A stretch of DNA of 64,000 bases from Chrysomallon squamiferum (lineage: Eukaryota > Animalia > Mollusca), in NCBI GenBank assembly GCA_012295275.1, contig CM022676.1:12586001-12650000 (forward strand), written 5' to 3'. Both the position numbers and the translations under genes were made by a program. Positions 38,335 through 52,800 of this stretch are shown in pieces (within the stretch, counting starts at the first letter, position 1; each line of letters opens with the position of its first letter). Under the pieces are notes generated by a model. That model saw only the letters and a list, made by a program, of their open reading frames with translations, did not search any database and was not told the DNA's origin.

Positions 38335-40151
38335 TTTCTAAACATGACAGATATTTTTTAGATTTGTATGTATTTTACTTTTTAATGTAATCAAGAAATG
38401 TAAATTAATTTCTAAATTTCAGCAATACCTAAATTTGTTAAAAATCAGAAAAATGTGTTCTAGAAATGTAACATAACACAAAAGTGGTAACATTCTAAAT
38501 GTGTAATTTTTGTCTAGACTTGCTTTAAGTTCTAAATGTGAATAATGTGTTACAGAAATGTGTAACAAACTCTAGTACAATTAAAATATTCGACATTTAT
38601 GTAATGTTCACAAATCTGTGAAGGAAAAATAGCACATAATACAAATGCTGATGAACTTCTAACAAACTTAGATTACTAATATTATGTAACTGTTAAAACA
38701 AGTATAAACGGAGTATTGACAACATTAAAATGTGTAAATATGTGTGCATAATAATTTAGTTAGGAAAGGTGTACGTATTTAAAAAACTTCTGTCTATTTT
38801 ATTTCTGAATTAACTACACATAAACACTGTGTCATGTAAAATAGATGGGTAATGTATCACAGATGAGTAGCAATGCACATGCATCCATGTAAACCATACA
38901 CACACACATATAAACACACGTATTTAGTTACTCTCTCTCTCTCATTCTGTCTCATCTCTCTCTCTCTCTCTCTCTCTCTGACACACACACACACACACAC
39001 AGGAGAATCAAGTAGATTTAACCTTACACTGACAAAGTGAACATAAAATTGTTTTAAATGTTGTTCTCTGGTTTCAGAAATTTTAGAGGCTATTTTTCCA
39101 AAGATGCACACACTTGAAGAAGAAATAATTAATATAAAATAGTTTTCACTTGAATTATAAATCTGTAAAATTGTGATATTTAATAAAACGATTTTTTTTT
39201 TTAAATCTTAAATTTAGCATTCAATAATTTAAATGTTATAATTTCTTTTTCTTTTTAAAATCAGTACTGTAATTTGTAAAAATTGTAAAATTCAAGTTGC
39301 CTCATGTAGAGTTAAGACAGACAAGTAGGTGATATAAAGATAAAGACATTCTGTGCAGGAGGTGACCACAGGTCAAACACGAGAATGACAGCAGAGACAA
39401 AGATTAGAAACTTGACACAGTCTCTTGTGTTCTACTTCTCAGATAACACAACTCTGCTTAACATGAACAGTGAACTTTGACCTGTGTTGTTTAACCCACA
39501 CAGCTTAGATTTAATCTCTGCCCAGATAACCAACAACTGCAGATATTAAACTGGTGACATTATAGTACTTTAGATAGTATTAGAAAAATTAAATAAAATA
39601 AAAATGTATTAGTAACTTCTGAGGTAATTATAAAAACATTAAAAAAAAAAAATGTCCAGGTAGCAGAAAAAAATAAAAAGTAAAAAATGATAACTGACAA
39701 GAGTCAGCTTTGTTTTGCATCATCAGTACATCAAATCTGTTTTTCATTACTCAAAACTAACTGACAAAAATGACGATTGATTTGACAGATAGGACATTTT
39801 AACTTATAGTTTTGTTTAAGATGACAATCATTTTTTTTTTTAAATTTAATTTTCATTTAGTATTAACATTTTAACAGGAATATTGCTTCCAGTCAACAAA
39901 GTAAATTACAAGCCTTGGTTGCCTTAACAACATGATTTTACTGAGAAATCAAAATAAAATATCTTTTAAAATTTATAATATTAATCTATTTGCTAATTGA
40001 AAATAAGTTTAAAAGACTGATGTTGATCGGACATTTTTAAAGTTTCTGATATTCTGTTGCGTCTGGTTCATTAGATTTTTATTCTCTCTAGTTATCATCA
40101 TTTCCTTCTTCTGAATCCTCTCCCTTTTCCCTGTGATCCTCCTCCTTTTTT

Positions 40152-40497
40152 TTATTTCTTTTTCTTTGGTTTTTCAGTTTCTGTTTCAGTCATTTCAAGT
40201 GGTGCCAGCCTGCCTGGTGTTCTCATCACATCATCCTGTGCTTCGTTGTTCACGTCTGTGTCAATCTGCGATGCACTGGTCACTGTGGGTGACTTGTTAC
40301 CACTGGGTGCAGGAAGTGGACGAGGCATTTTACCCTCATCACCAGAAACATTGCCGGAGTCTGGAGGAAGTTGGCGAGATGTGTTGACTGTTGTTGTAGC
40401 TGTTGGTGGCACAGACTGAGGTGATTTCTTTTCATCCTTGGTGATAACAGTTTCTGCCTGACCTTCAGGTGCTGGACGCTTCTTTCCTTCTGAAGCT
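40152..40497 (-). CDS. Gene C terminal cytoplasmic exon, low complexity and Pro-rich
   Basis: Acceptor ttttgtcatttcag|. Reads [60 protein letters not shown]; GC content is higher than the flanks. Confidence 0.65.
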
Positions 40498-43400
40498 CTG
40501 AAATGACAAAACAATCGCAAAACATTCACAAACAAAAGAAAGACAAAATAATGTGTATCTATGTGTGTATGTGCACATGTGCTTGTGTGTGTATGTGTGT
40601 GTTTGGTTTGTCTCTATGTTAGTGTCTGGTCTGCCTGTCTCTGTGTGTGTTTATGTGTCCGTGTGTACGTCTGTGCACGTGTGTGTATGTGTTTGGTTTG
40701 TCTGTATCTGTGTACGCGTCTGGGCTGTCTGTCTGTGTCTGTGTGTGTTTGTGTGTGTGTGTGTCTGTGTGTTTGTGTGTGTGATTTATACATTTTGTCA
40801 CACACTTACACATTTAATGTTCCACTTGAGGGTTTCCGAATAACTGAAAATTGTAAAATGAAAAGGATTACAAAATTCTAATATTTAAAATATTTAAAAA
40901 TAAATTAAATTAAACAATAACTTAAATTTATAAGGCTGTTTTTTTTTCTCTTTTTAAATTTTTGTTATATGTTTTTTAAAATGATCAAACCAAAGCAATT
41001 TAAACAAAGCAGATCAACTTACCATCACAAACTATAATTAAATTGTTTTTTTAAACAAAATCGTGAATGACTAATACAAAGTAATCAAAGCAGATGAGGC
41101 AGGGTGTATAAATATGAAATATTTGACTTATGCAAGTGTCAGTATTATAGACATGATGTGTAATACAAAAAGGTAACATTTATAATACAAGCAAGTGTAA
41201 TGTCTGTAACTGATAATTATTAAAGCAGTGTAGGACTGTCAGTTAGAAATGTACTCAATTGTAACACTGTATATAACTGTCAGAAATGAACAACATTGTA
41301 ACACAATGTATGACTGTCAGAAATGTACAACATTGTAAAACAGTATATGACTGTCAGAAATATACAACATTGTAACACAGTATATAACTATCAGAAATGA
41401 ACAACATTGTAACACAATGTATGACTGTCAGAAATGTACAACATTGTAACACAGTATATGACTGTCAGAAATGTACAGCATTGTAACACAGTATATGACT
41501 CAGTTAGAAATGTACAACATTGTAACACAGTATGTGACTGTCAGAAATGAACAACATTGTAACACAGTATGTGACTGTCAGAAATGTATAACACTGTAAC
41601 ACTGTGAATGACTGTTTAACATTGTTATTGTCAGTTACACACCAAACATGAAAACATTTAAAAAAAAAAAAAAATATTTTACAAATTTACTTTGGAGAGA
41701 TTACTTCACACACCAAGACATTAAACAGATAAAAACACATGCACCATTATAATATATAGATATGTTATTGAATGAACACTAGTGTAAAATTAATGCTGAT
41801 TAGGAAATATAGCATTATAAACAAAAATGATTATTTGTCCAAAAGAAATTATATGTTAAGACAGCTAATAATTTGAGACAGTTGTGTATGATATACAAAA
41901 TGGTATAAAATACATAGAGAAATGAATTGTTACTCACAATCATTACTTCACAATTAATTATTAATATTTTTCTAATGTGAAAAATGTCTTAATGTTAGAC
42001 TCATAATTTATTTAAATTTTCGATCTTTTCAATTCTCTAATAAACTGTTTTCAACATTCTTAATGTTTAATTTGTTAAATTATTATTTAATATAAATGTG
42101 TAAAATTCTAACATATCACTTGTATAATAAACAAATTAACTACTTCACTCATGAAAACTTGTTTAATTTGAAATGTTTATATTATCTAATACAATTCAAA
42201 GATTTTAATTTATCAGGACATTTACAACTTTAATTTTTTTTTTTTTTTAAAGAATTTTATAAATGAACAAACAAAAACATTAAAAGAAAAACAAATGGAT
42301 TTCCATCCCAAAACTATAATAATACATTGTGATCATGTAAGCTTTTTTATTTATTTATTTAATTATTTATTTATTTATGTTCTTGTTTTCTTTTTAAATT
42401 TTATTTTAAAAAAAAGAACATAAATAAATAAATAATTAAATAAATTCAAAAGCTGATAATGTTTAGGAAAAGTACTGTTTTGTATATAAATGTAAGAACT
42501 ATCAAGATTATTCAGACATTGTATTTCAAAGTATCTCTGCCTCAGTTACCATACATCTTCTATAATTAAAACTTTCAAATTTGAAACTGACTACTCAAAA
42601 ATCTGTTTCCTTTCTTGTCACAGTTATCCTCTTTATATATATTCATTTCAATTTTGAAGATTTATGAATTTTAAAAAGTATTTTATTATGTTTTGTTTGT
42701 TGTTTTTTTCACAGTTTTAGATTGAAGCAGGCTGAGTCTTATTATGTTGTAGTTGAGTTTTATTTCACTCTTGTTCACTCTTCTTTACAAATCCCGCTAA
42801 TGGCAAGATCTTCTGTATGTGATCTGAAGATAACATTTCATTTTCAAACAAAAAGTACTCTACACAAGTATCTCTGCTAATCACTACATTTTCTTACACT
42901 AAAGGCAAAGTGATTGATGAAAAAACAGTAAGGTCCTAGTGCTCAGTGAAAGTACTACAACCATCCTTTATGAATTCAGTTCCAGTCTAAGTATAAAATT
43001 ATCAAAAATTGATTTATTTTCATTAAATGTCTTCAGTCATTTTCTTTTATTCACCAAAAATAAAGAGTAAAATAAAGATGAAATTACTAAAAAAAAAAGA
43101 CAAAAAGTTATTAATTGCAGAACTTATTATTATTATTACAATTATTATTATAAAGAATGGTTTCTAATATATGTCTAAGAAGGTGCAAATAAAGCAGAAA
43201 AAGCATTAACAAAACAATAATTTAAAAAAAGAAGCTCAATTTAAAATATAAAAACAAAAATCTACACCCATACTTAAAACTTTGTCTCAAGATTAACACA
43301 CATTTAGATTAAAATATCTTGAAAAGGATAAATACAAATTATAAAAAGTATTAATATTCATTTTATTTTGCATTTAAAAAATGACATTTAATATTTCATA

Positions 43401-44494
43401 TTTCATCATCATTATTATTATAATATTTCATTCTTTTTATTCATTTATTTTCTTGTCAAACTGAAGAAACAGCTTAAAGAAGATTTTGTTTCTTTTCAAT
43501 TAACGTTATGTTGAACATGTAAAGTTTGCATCTAAAGCTTGGATCAGTGGTAAACCACCTACCTTTCAGTAACAGTACCACAATGACAACCACTGTTCCA
43601 CACAGCAGAGACAAAGCACAGAAAACTGCCCCTGCCACATAAACATCACTTTTACATGAACTGCCTGAAATCAACACAATTATAAAATCAGTAACGCTTT
43701 TTGTATTAACTAGCACAGTCATGATATTAAACTAGAACTGTAATACAAATGTGTTACAGTTTAAATAATCTAGAGCTGTGATATTCAAATACAACTGTTA
43801 CACTGTGTAAATAAACTACAACTCTGATATTCAAATACAGCTCTGTTACACTGTTTAAATTAACTAGAACTGTTATATTCAAATACAAATATGTTAACCT
43901 GCTTAAATTAATTAGAACTGTGATATTCAAATACAACTGTTACACTGTTTAAATAAACTACAACTCTGATATTCAAATACAGCTCTGTTACACTGTTTAA
44001 ATTAACTAGAACTGTTATATTCAAATACAAATATGTTAAACTTTAAATTAACTAGAACTGTGATATTCAAATACAACTGTTACACTGTTTAAATTAACTA
44101 GAACTGTGACATTTAAATACAAATTTGTTAAATTTTAAATTAACTAGAACTATGATATTCAAACCAGAAACCATTCACTGTGAAATATTATTGTGGAATT
44201 GATAAGGACAGACATTCTAACATTTAGTTCAAACCTAATCTGCAGTATAGGTAAGGCAATATGCATTTACTTACATGTATGTTCGATACTAAGACAGCCC
44301 ACAGAAATCAGCCCAAGAACAATTTGTATGAAACCAAAAACCACAAGGACAATCCATCGAGGTTTAAAATCTTCTGAAACAGATATAAAATGTGTACACC
44401 TCTAATATATCATTGTTTAGTTATTTCACTTCTATATTAAATAGTTTATCTCCAAAAGACTTAAAACAAAAATAATAAATAAATAAATAAATAA

Positions 44495-44526
<32 letters not shown>

Positions 44527-46811
44527 AAATTAAATTTGATTTACTGATATTGTATTTTCAAGTAGTTTTAAAGGCGGCCAAACCTATATTATGTATGTTA
44601 CATAAAATAAAAAAATAAAAAACTGTCTTAATAAAACTGGTTTGTAACCAGTTACTTGGCTTTATGAAATGTTTTTAAAATTATACTTACTCAGGACAGT
44701 CAGACACAGAATTAAGTAGACAACTTCAACAACCATCCAGACAGCCTGCACCCCACACAGAGCCACTGTGCAGTCACAAACACAGACAACAGCTGAAAAT
44801 AAAACATTAAAAGTTTACATCTTTAACACTTATTTTATACATTAGCAGTTACCAGATGTTAATCACATTTATGATCTTACATTAGTATTAGAGAAAACTG
44901 ATCATATTATGGATTACTCTTATTTTTTAAATAGACATCTTCTTAGACGAGATACCAAGTAGAATGCTGTTAAACAAACCAGTAATTTGTACATCCTGTG
45001 AATTTCTACTCAGAATTAACTTTTAAAAATGATATACATCTAATTTCTCTCTACAATTAAATTCTAAAAAAATAAAGAAAAGATTCAAATGTTGGATGTA
45101 TTTCTGTGCTGTTATAATTTACAAGACTCATGTAAAAATATTATAAACATTTTAAATGTTCTTGTTATTTAGAACACTTCAATTGAAACAATCTAATATT
45201 TGTAAGCAAACCCTATAATATGAATGTGTTTTCCATTATTGGGGTATTGTAATCTTATCCCTTGCTGCTTTAGATGCCAATCTTGATGTATTCAAGTATC
45301 TTGAGATAAGACCATCTTATAATAAACATCCAACTGACAAAAAGGATTGTTAGTCACAACACATTTTATCCCAGTCCTCCCTTAATCATCATGAGTAACT
45401 ATCTGAAATCCTTTTTTATGTTTTTGATTTTACTGTGGCCTGGTTTATCAGTAGAAACTAGCTTTGTTGATTCTTAGACTATGAAGCTACTTAAATGGAT
45501 TTCACTACCAGTTTCTTGACAGCTTTTGCAATTTGTTTCTGAGTTTTTTATATTTTAGACACCTTCTTAAATATGACTGCTTCAAATGCCCAAGTTTTCA
45601 ATATCTGTATCTGGATAGATCTTGTAAATACTTTCACACATATTGCATATGATTTTCCTACTGGAGTAGGTGAAAATGCATTCTAAAAGTTGCAAGGATA
45701 GGCTAGATGCTTTTCAATTTTAATGTCTTGTACATGTTTTTCCATTTTCCATTTCAGACATTCTCATGAATATGCAATGTGTTTCCTTCAACATACCATA
45801 TGATTCTGACTTGCCTAGCTGACAAGATCAGATTGGCAACATTGAGCATTGTCAGTTTGTTATAACATGCATTTTGTGTGTGTCCAAACGTTTGGCATCT
45901 GAAACACCATAAAGGATTTGGAACAGTACATTCAGGTAGAGATGGTCTGTTAAAGGTGAGGATCATGGTAACTAATTATTGTGATGATCTGTATTCCACT
46001 TCACAAACAATACCCTTTAGGAATAGAGATTTTCACAAATTTCATCTGCACCAACTGCATACATTTTTGGTTTAAACTTGTTTGAGGTAGCTGTACTATA
46101 CTATATAGACACAAATGTTTCATCAACCATGCTGCAACCCACCAAGGAGATCAAATAATGGGACATATTGCAAATAACCAGCAGACACTCATGTCAGGGG
46201 TATGTAAAACAATATATCACCTGACTGATACTAGCCACGATCCAAGATTGTGTGTGTGTGTGTTTCCTGATAAATTCTAAACAAAGTATATACTCGTTAC
46301 TTTTGAGCTTGGCATGACCAGATGACTGATCAGAATGAACCCTGCAACTTGAAAGCCACGGCTTGTCCAATTCAACCATCAGAATCTTGTCATCCAGCTT
46401 CACAGATTGCACCTCATGGCCAAACAGCCACCCATATACAAAAACAGTGTTAAGGAGAAATGAGAATTGTACTGATGAGCCATTCCCATTGTTGCCGCTG
46501 TATACCACAGTGAGCTTCAGTATATGTAGGGTTGTTTTTAAATGTTGTTTCACAATAAATTGCCTCAAAAATGAAATCAGAATGTTTATTTCCTAATTAT
46601 CTATATTGAATGTCTAATTGTCAATCATTTATTTCACATTTTTTCTGGTGTCTGAACTGATAATATTAAAGTACTATGAATACAGCACAGTTTGAATTAA
46701 AGATGAATTAGAAAGCATGAAATATTGTTCTGGTATATCATATCAGGCTTACATACACTGATAATCAAGTCACCTGTAGACTATTTTCTTGCATTGTCAG
46801 AAACAAACAGT

Positions 46812-46847
<36 letters not shown>

Positions 46848-49800
46848 GTAAATAAATAAATAAATAAATAATACCAAAAAAGAAAGAAAGAAAGAATAAT
46901 AACATTTTAACAATTTAAGTCATTTTTATAAACCCACATCAATAAATGATTTGATTTTCATAACTTTTGTCAATATAAAGTTATTTGTGAAACTAATAAG
47001 ACCTAATGTATTTACAAATGAATTTGCATTAAGTCGTAAAAGTGACAGCATAAATTAATGGAAGAAAGGTGAAAATTTGGGAGGAAACATTTATTAAAAT
47101 CAGATGATAATCCAACATAAAAATAATGCTATTATTTGCAGTATTTTTGTATCACCAACCCAGTTAAGGGATATTACACCTCCTTATGTTCTAAGGCTTG
47201 GAGATATGAAAGTGTTTCTGTACAAATAATATATACTGTTCCAAAAAAGAAATGCAAAATTGTTGATTTCTTAGATAACTATTGTAAACTGACACATATC
47301 GATGTACAAACTATGAATATAATGACATTTGGTGATTCAAACGTATAGCGTTTGTTACAGTCATCAAAAAGCAGGTAACACAAAATAAAGGCTTTGATTG
47401 TGTTTATTAGTGAAAACGTCCCCACATGCAAACCATGTTACCAGTGCATGTGCACGTGTGTACAAGGGTTATAAAAATGCTAGGTTTTCGAATACTTCGT
47501 TTGGTTATTTTTGTTCTGACCCAACATCAAACAAATGCCACAACTGAGTGAACTGCAACAAAACAACGCCATCGGCCGTTTACAAGCTGGCGAATCCTCC
47601 TCAGCCACAGCCCAGGTGTTCCATGTATCCCCAAGCACCATCTTGAAATGGTGGTATCAGTTCCAGCAACACCAAACAACACGTGACTGTCCTACATCAG
47701 GTAGACCATGTGTAACCACCAGGGCCCAGGACTGCTACATTCGGTTACTTCATCTATGGGAAATAAACACCATGGCAACCTCTGCTGCTTCAGCAATATC
47801 AGGTGTGCATAGAATATTGGCTCAGACAGTGCACAATTGTTTACATGAGGCAGGTATTTGAGCCAGACGGCCTGTAATAAGACTGGTTTTGAATCAACAA
47901 CATCGTCGACTACGACATCAGTGGTGTCAAGTTCACAGATTATGGCCTCAATTACAGTGGAGAACTGTCTGGTTTAGTGATGAGGCTTGATTTCTGCTTC
48001 GACGAGCTGATGGAAAATGTCCAGTTTACAGATGTCGTGGTGAACATTTTGCTGCGAACTGCATAGAGGTAGCTGACAGATTTGGCGGTGGTAGTGTGAT
48101 GGTGTGGGCAGTAATCTCATACACTGGCAGGACCAAGCTGGTTCACTTCCAAGGCAACTTAACGGCAGAGAGATACCGAGATGAAATTTTGCAACCACAT
48201 GTCGCTCCAATTATGAATAATGGTAACGCTGTATTCCAGCACATCAATGCGAGACCACATACAGCCAGACTCACAACAGCATACCTACACAACAATAACA
48301 TTCAGGTCCTGCCCTGGCCCTCTAAATCTCCAGATTTGAACCATATAGAGCATTTCTGGGATGAGTTGGATAGATGACTGAGGCAGCATCAACCACAGCC
48401 ACAGAATCATGCTCAGTTGGTATTATTACTACAGACAGAGTGGGCCACCATTTCACAAGGTGTAATTCGTAATGTCATTACTGCCATGGGAAGAAGATGT
48501 CAGGCAGTTCTGGACTCCCATGGTGAGCATACAAGGAATTGATATTATACTGTTATAACCTTGAACTTTAACCTTTTCAATGTAATACCATCAATATTAA
48601 TAAACTCCAAAAGTGTGTGTAAAATGTGAACATTCTGCTGGTTTCTCTTAATCCATTAGACAGATATTCCCAATGTCAATAAAATCTACTTTTGCGTTTC
48701 TTTTTTCTTAGAGTATATTTGGATGAAAATGCCTTTTTTATTTGTAGTGTAGTTTAAAGATTGTCCAAACTAAGGCAATGAATGTAGATACATGGTAGCT
48801 GCTTGGGAATTATATAGTCTAATAAAAAAAAAAATCATAGCATCTATCACAACACAATTCTCATCCCATGTTTTTAAAATGGTGTATAATGTAAGCATGT
48901 TTTTGTAGGGATGATTACTAGATTCTTAACTGGCAGTACTATTTTGCCAAGAAAAGAAATTAATACGACTTTTTTCACAGGCATTACATCAAGATGATAG
49001 TGGTTTAGAAACATCATGTATCAAAAATAAATATCATAGCAAAACAAATGCTTTTTTAAGGTCAAAATGTCATGATATACAGACTGCTGAAATGAACAGG
49101 GCTGTTATGGTAGTTAATCATTGGTATCAGTTAAAAACAACTATCTCTCTTCTGGATGTAGTTTACACTGTGAACAATATTTAAAAAAATGATTGATTTG
49201 ATTCATTGCTTTTCTGGAATTCCAAGTTTATATCCTATCACAATAGTTAAATATTGTATCCAAATACTGAATAAAAAATAATTAAAAAACTTCAAGACCT
49301 TTGTTCGTATTTTTATGGTAATGTTTATATTTTGAACAGATTTGAAAATTATTACTGATAGTGTTGTTCAAATTTTAAGACATTTTATTAATTTCTGAAG
49401 AGGAAGAAGTAAAAAAAGAAAATTATAATAATAAAATACAGATCAATAAAGTTCTACAAGTACCTGATAATGCAATAGAACACACTGGGAATGAATCTGA
49501 GGTTGAACCATCTCTACATGTCCAATTACTGGCATCTTTAGCTCCATCAAACTTCTCTATCTTCACTGTCAGAAACCCTGATCCATTTGCAAACACATTA
49601 TACCCATGCTTGTAACTAATGCAACCATCAAAAGTAGGGCTGCAGTCCACAACTGGTTTGCCTTCTTTGTAAAAAGCCACTTTTTGTATCGGAGTTCCGC
49701 TCTTCAGATGACATGTCAAATTCATTGGTTTTCCTTGATACCAGTTTGAAACACAGTTGGTGATTTCCAAAATTACTGCTCCTAAAAATATTAAAAAAGA

Positions 49801-52800
49801 AAATACACTACTGATCACTGTTATGTTCACTGGGTAACATTGAACTTTATTCAATGAATGATTTTTTTACATCAGTTTTTGGACTAGAGCCTCCAGAAAT
49901 GATCTTGGACATACCCACACTTCTTATTATCCTTACCTCAAAATCAACATTACATACCATCTGCTAAGTGCATTAACAAACAGAGTAGACTGTAGATCTG
50001 GAACAGTATTCAGGACAGCCTTGGCCTACTGCAAAAATTTTGTTTTAAATTTATAACTAATCTTATTTAATATTTACCTGTAAGTATGTCAAAACAGCTT
50101 AAAAAAAAAAAGAACAAAAATTCTGGCTCTCTATTTAGTGTAATGTTAAAACAGTGCTATTAAAGTTGTGTGTGTTTGTAATAAATGAATGGATTAATGA
50201 ATGAATGTTTAATGAAACCCCAGCATGAAAAACATATTAGCTATTGGGTGTGAAACCAAAGATAAATACAACAATATGATCATTACTTTTGAAAACTGAA
50301 AACAAATTGACACACAGGGTAAAGAGTTGTGTAAAAATAAAACTATCACAGTTTAATTAAATTGAAATTTACAGGAACATTCTGTGACTTTCACATTTTT
50401 TGGAACACATTCTGTACTGAACTGAAATGATTCCATCACATTTATTTGACTAAATATATATTTCCTAATCTACATAAAATAATGTGTCGTCTGTCAGAGT
50501 ACACTGACAATGTTCACACTAAAGTAGATAATCCTTCTTTGGGATATGTAAATGAATCAAATAAATATGCTGCAAGAAGAACACAAGTCTATATCATGCT
50601 TCCTGCACTATCTGCAGGATGACAGCCAATTTGCCAGGACTGGCTTAACTGAATGAAGTTTGTTCATGACAGCTCCATTCCAGTCATTTTACCAAGAGTA
50701 AACAAGATAGTTTCTGATATGATGTTTAAAATCAGGATAGGGTACACACACCTTAGCAAGAGGAAAATCCAAAGCATAATTGGCAGCAGCCTGCCTTTTC
50801 ATTACCCCTTATGCCAACATGGATGGGTATCCAACAAAAAGCAATACCTTTATCTGAATCATCTTTCCAACAAAGGGATGGTCCATATTTATAGTAAAAA
50901 TAATAAATTAGCTTGCATTTGAATCATTTATTTTCTTGGACTTTTATCACTGCCCACATTTCACCATTAAATATCAATGCTGAGTCAGACAATCTCATGC
51001 TACGTATTGCATCTCATCGAGAAACTGTAGCACAAGTCACTGCATTCCCATCCAATGATCCATCTGTATAAAGAGGTATGTAATCATGGTACTTGTCTTT
51101 AATTTCCACAATTTATTTTTATACACAAGCATCTGCACGATCTTTCTTCGGGTGTGCAAGATCAAACAGAACCTAAGATGGTAAAACAAAATATGAAGAT
51201 ATTTCCAAGTGTCAGTTAAATCAATGTTGGTAGTGACAAAATATATTAATAGTCTTTGGTCTTGCATCAAACAATTTCATATATTTACTGTGGAGGATCT
51301 GTTGGTAAAGATCTGTTGCCTATTGGATAGAAAGTTTTGCATGTCTTAGCATCCAAACAGGTTTCATATGCATGAACATACACACTTTGTACAGATGTTC
51401 TAAATGTCTCAAGACAAACTCTAAGACCCTGGTTGTATACAGGATTCAGCATTTGTAAGACCTTTTAGTCTGTTCCCCACTCCATATTACTGATAACTTT
51501 TATAATGTTGAAAGCTTTCAAGCCCTCTTTTAAATGTACTGGACAATCTACAGCAAATCTGAAAATCATTGACACCAGGTGTTAAACACTGGATGATGCT
51601 GTTAATTTCCACAGAAAATAAAGATACAGACAAGATACTATCTTGAGACACACCTAAATCCTGTGGAAAAAATCAACCCCACCCAGACTTTAAAAGATCT
51701 TTTAAAAATTGAGAAAGAAAAACACGAAGCTGACTTCTCATATCCATACTCTGGGGGTCATTTAAAATCCCATACTTCCACGTGTTATCATAGTTTCAAT
51801 GTTTTTTATCTGAAGAAGGCCTAAGTGCTAATTTATATGAAAACTTCCATTTAAAATCTAACAAGATTTGGACCCACACTGCATATGTGAGATTCAAGAT
51901 ACCAGACAAGTCTACTATTCATAATTTCTTATATGTATTTAACAAGTCATATGCAATAACTAGTAGAATTGGTTATATATTTACCAGGCTTGGGTATAGG
52001 AATCCTCCAATCAGAAGGAAAGTCTCCAAAAATCCAGATATCAAAAATATTTGAAAGAAGTTTCAAAGATTATTCTGATAAATGTTTTAATAACTGATAA
52101 TGAATTTCATCTGGTCCTACTGAAGTATCATGGGCTCTATGAAATCATCCTGGAGTTTCTCAACAGAAAAATGCCTGTTGTAAACTTCATCATTCAGATG
52201 AAAAATTAAAACACTGCTTTTTAGATTTAGCTCTGACAGATGTAAAAGCATGTGTACTGAAAGTAGAAGATGAATTATGAGAAAAGTTGTCTGCCAATGC
52301 ACTGGCAATATCATGGTTAGATGTGACATCTACATCATTGATGGACAAATGATGAACTGTATTACCAATTTCCACCTTAGAACCTTTTCAAGTGTTGCAG
52401 GTCCATCATTCTGAAAAATAATGGGAAAGTGGTCACTACCACAAGGGTCTGAAACAACTTTCCAAGAGAAATCAAGCAATGGTTTAAGTCTACAGAATGA
52501 AAATATGTATGATTTTTATCATTAAATAAAAGCAAGTAATTTTTGAGAATTAAGTCTTCCAGTTCTTTTCCTCTTGAAGATCCCTAGCATTAAAACTAAA
52601 CTGATTACAAGGTGGCAAATAAACCAAGTACAGAGTAACAGTTACTATGACATTTAACCTTTACAGTCACAGCTTGTAAATTGGTAGTTAATGTTACTGA
52701 ATTCTGAAGAATGGTTTCATAAACAAGGATGGGCACAACTCCTGATGCTCTATTTTAAGTTTCTTGGAGTCCTCTCGTGATAATGTAAGTGTCCTCCAAG

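Noticed and set aside
41235-44165. CRISPR-like arrays
   Set aside because: These are head-to-tail minisatellites with no unique spacers, in eukaryotic introns.
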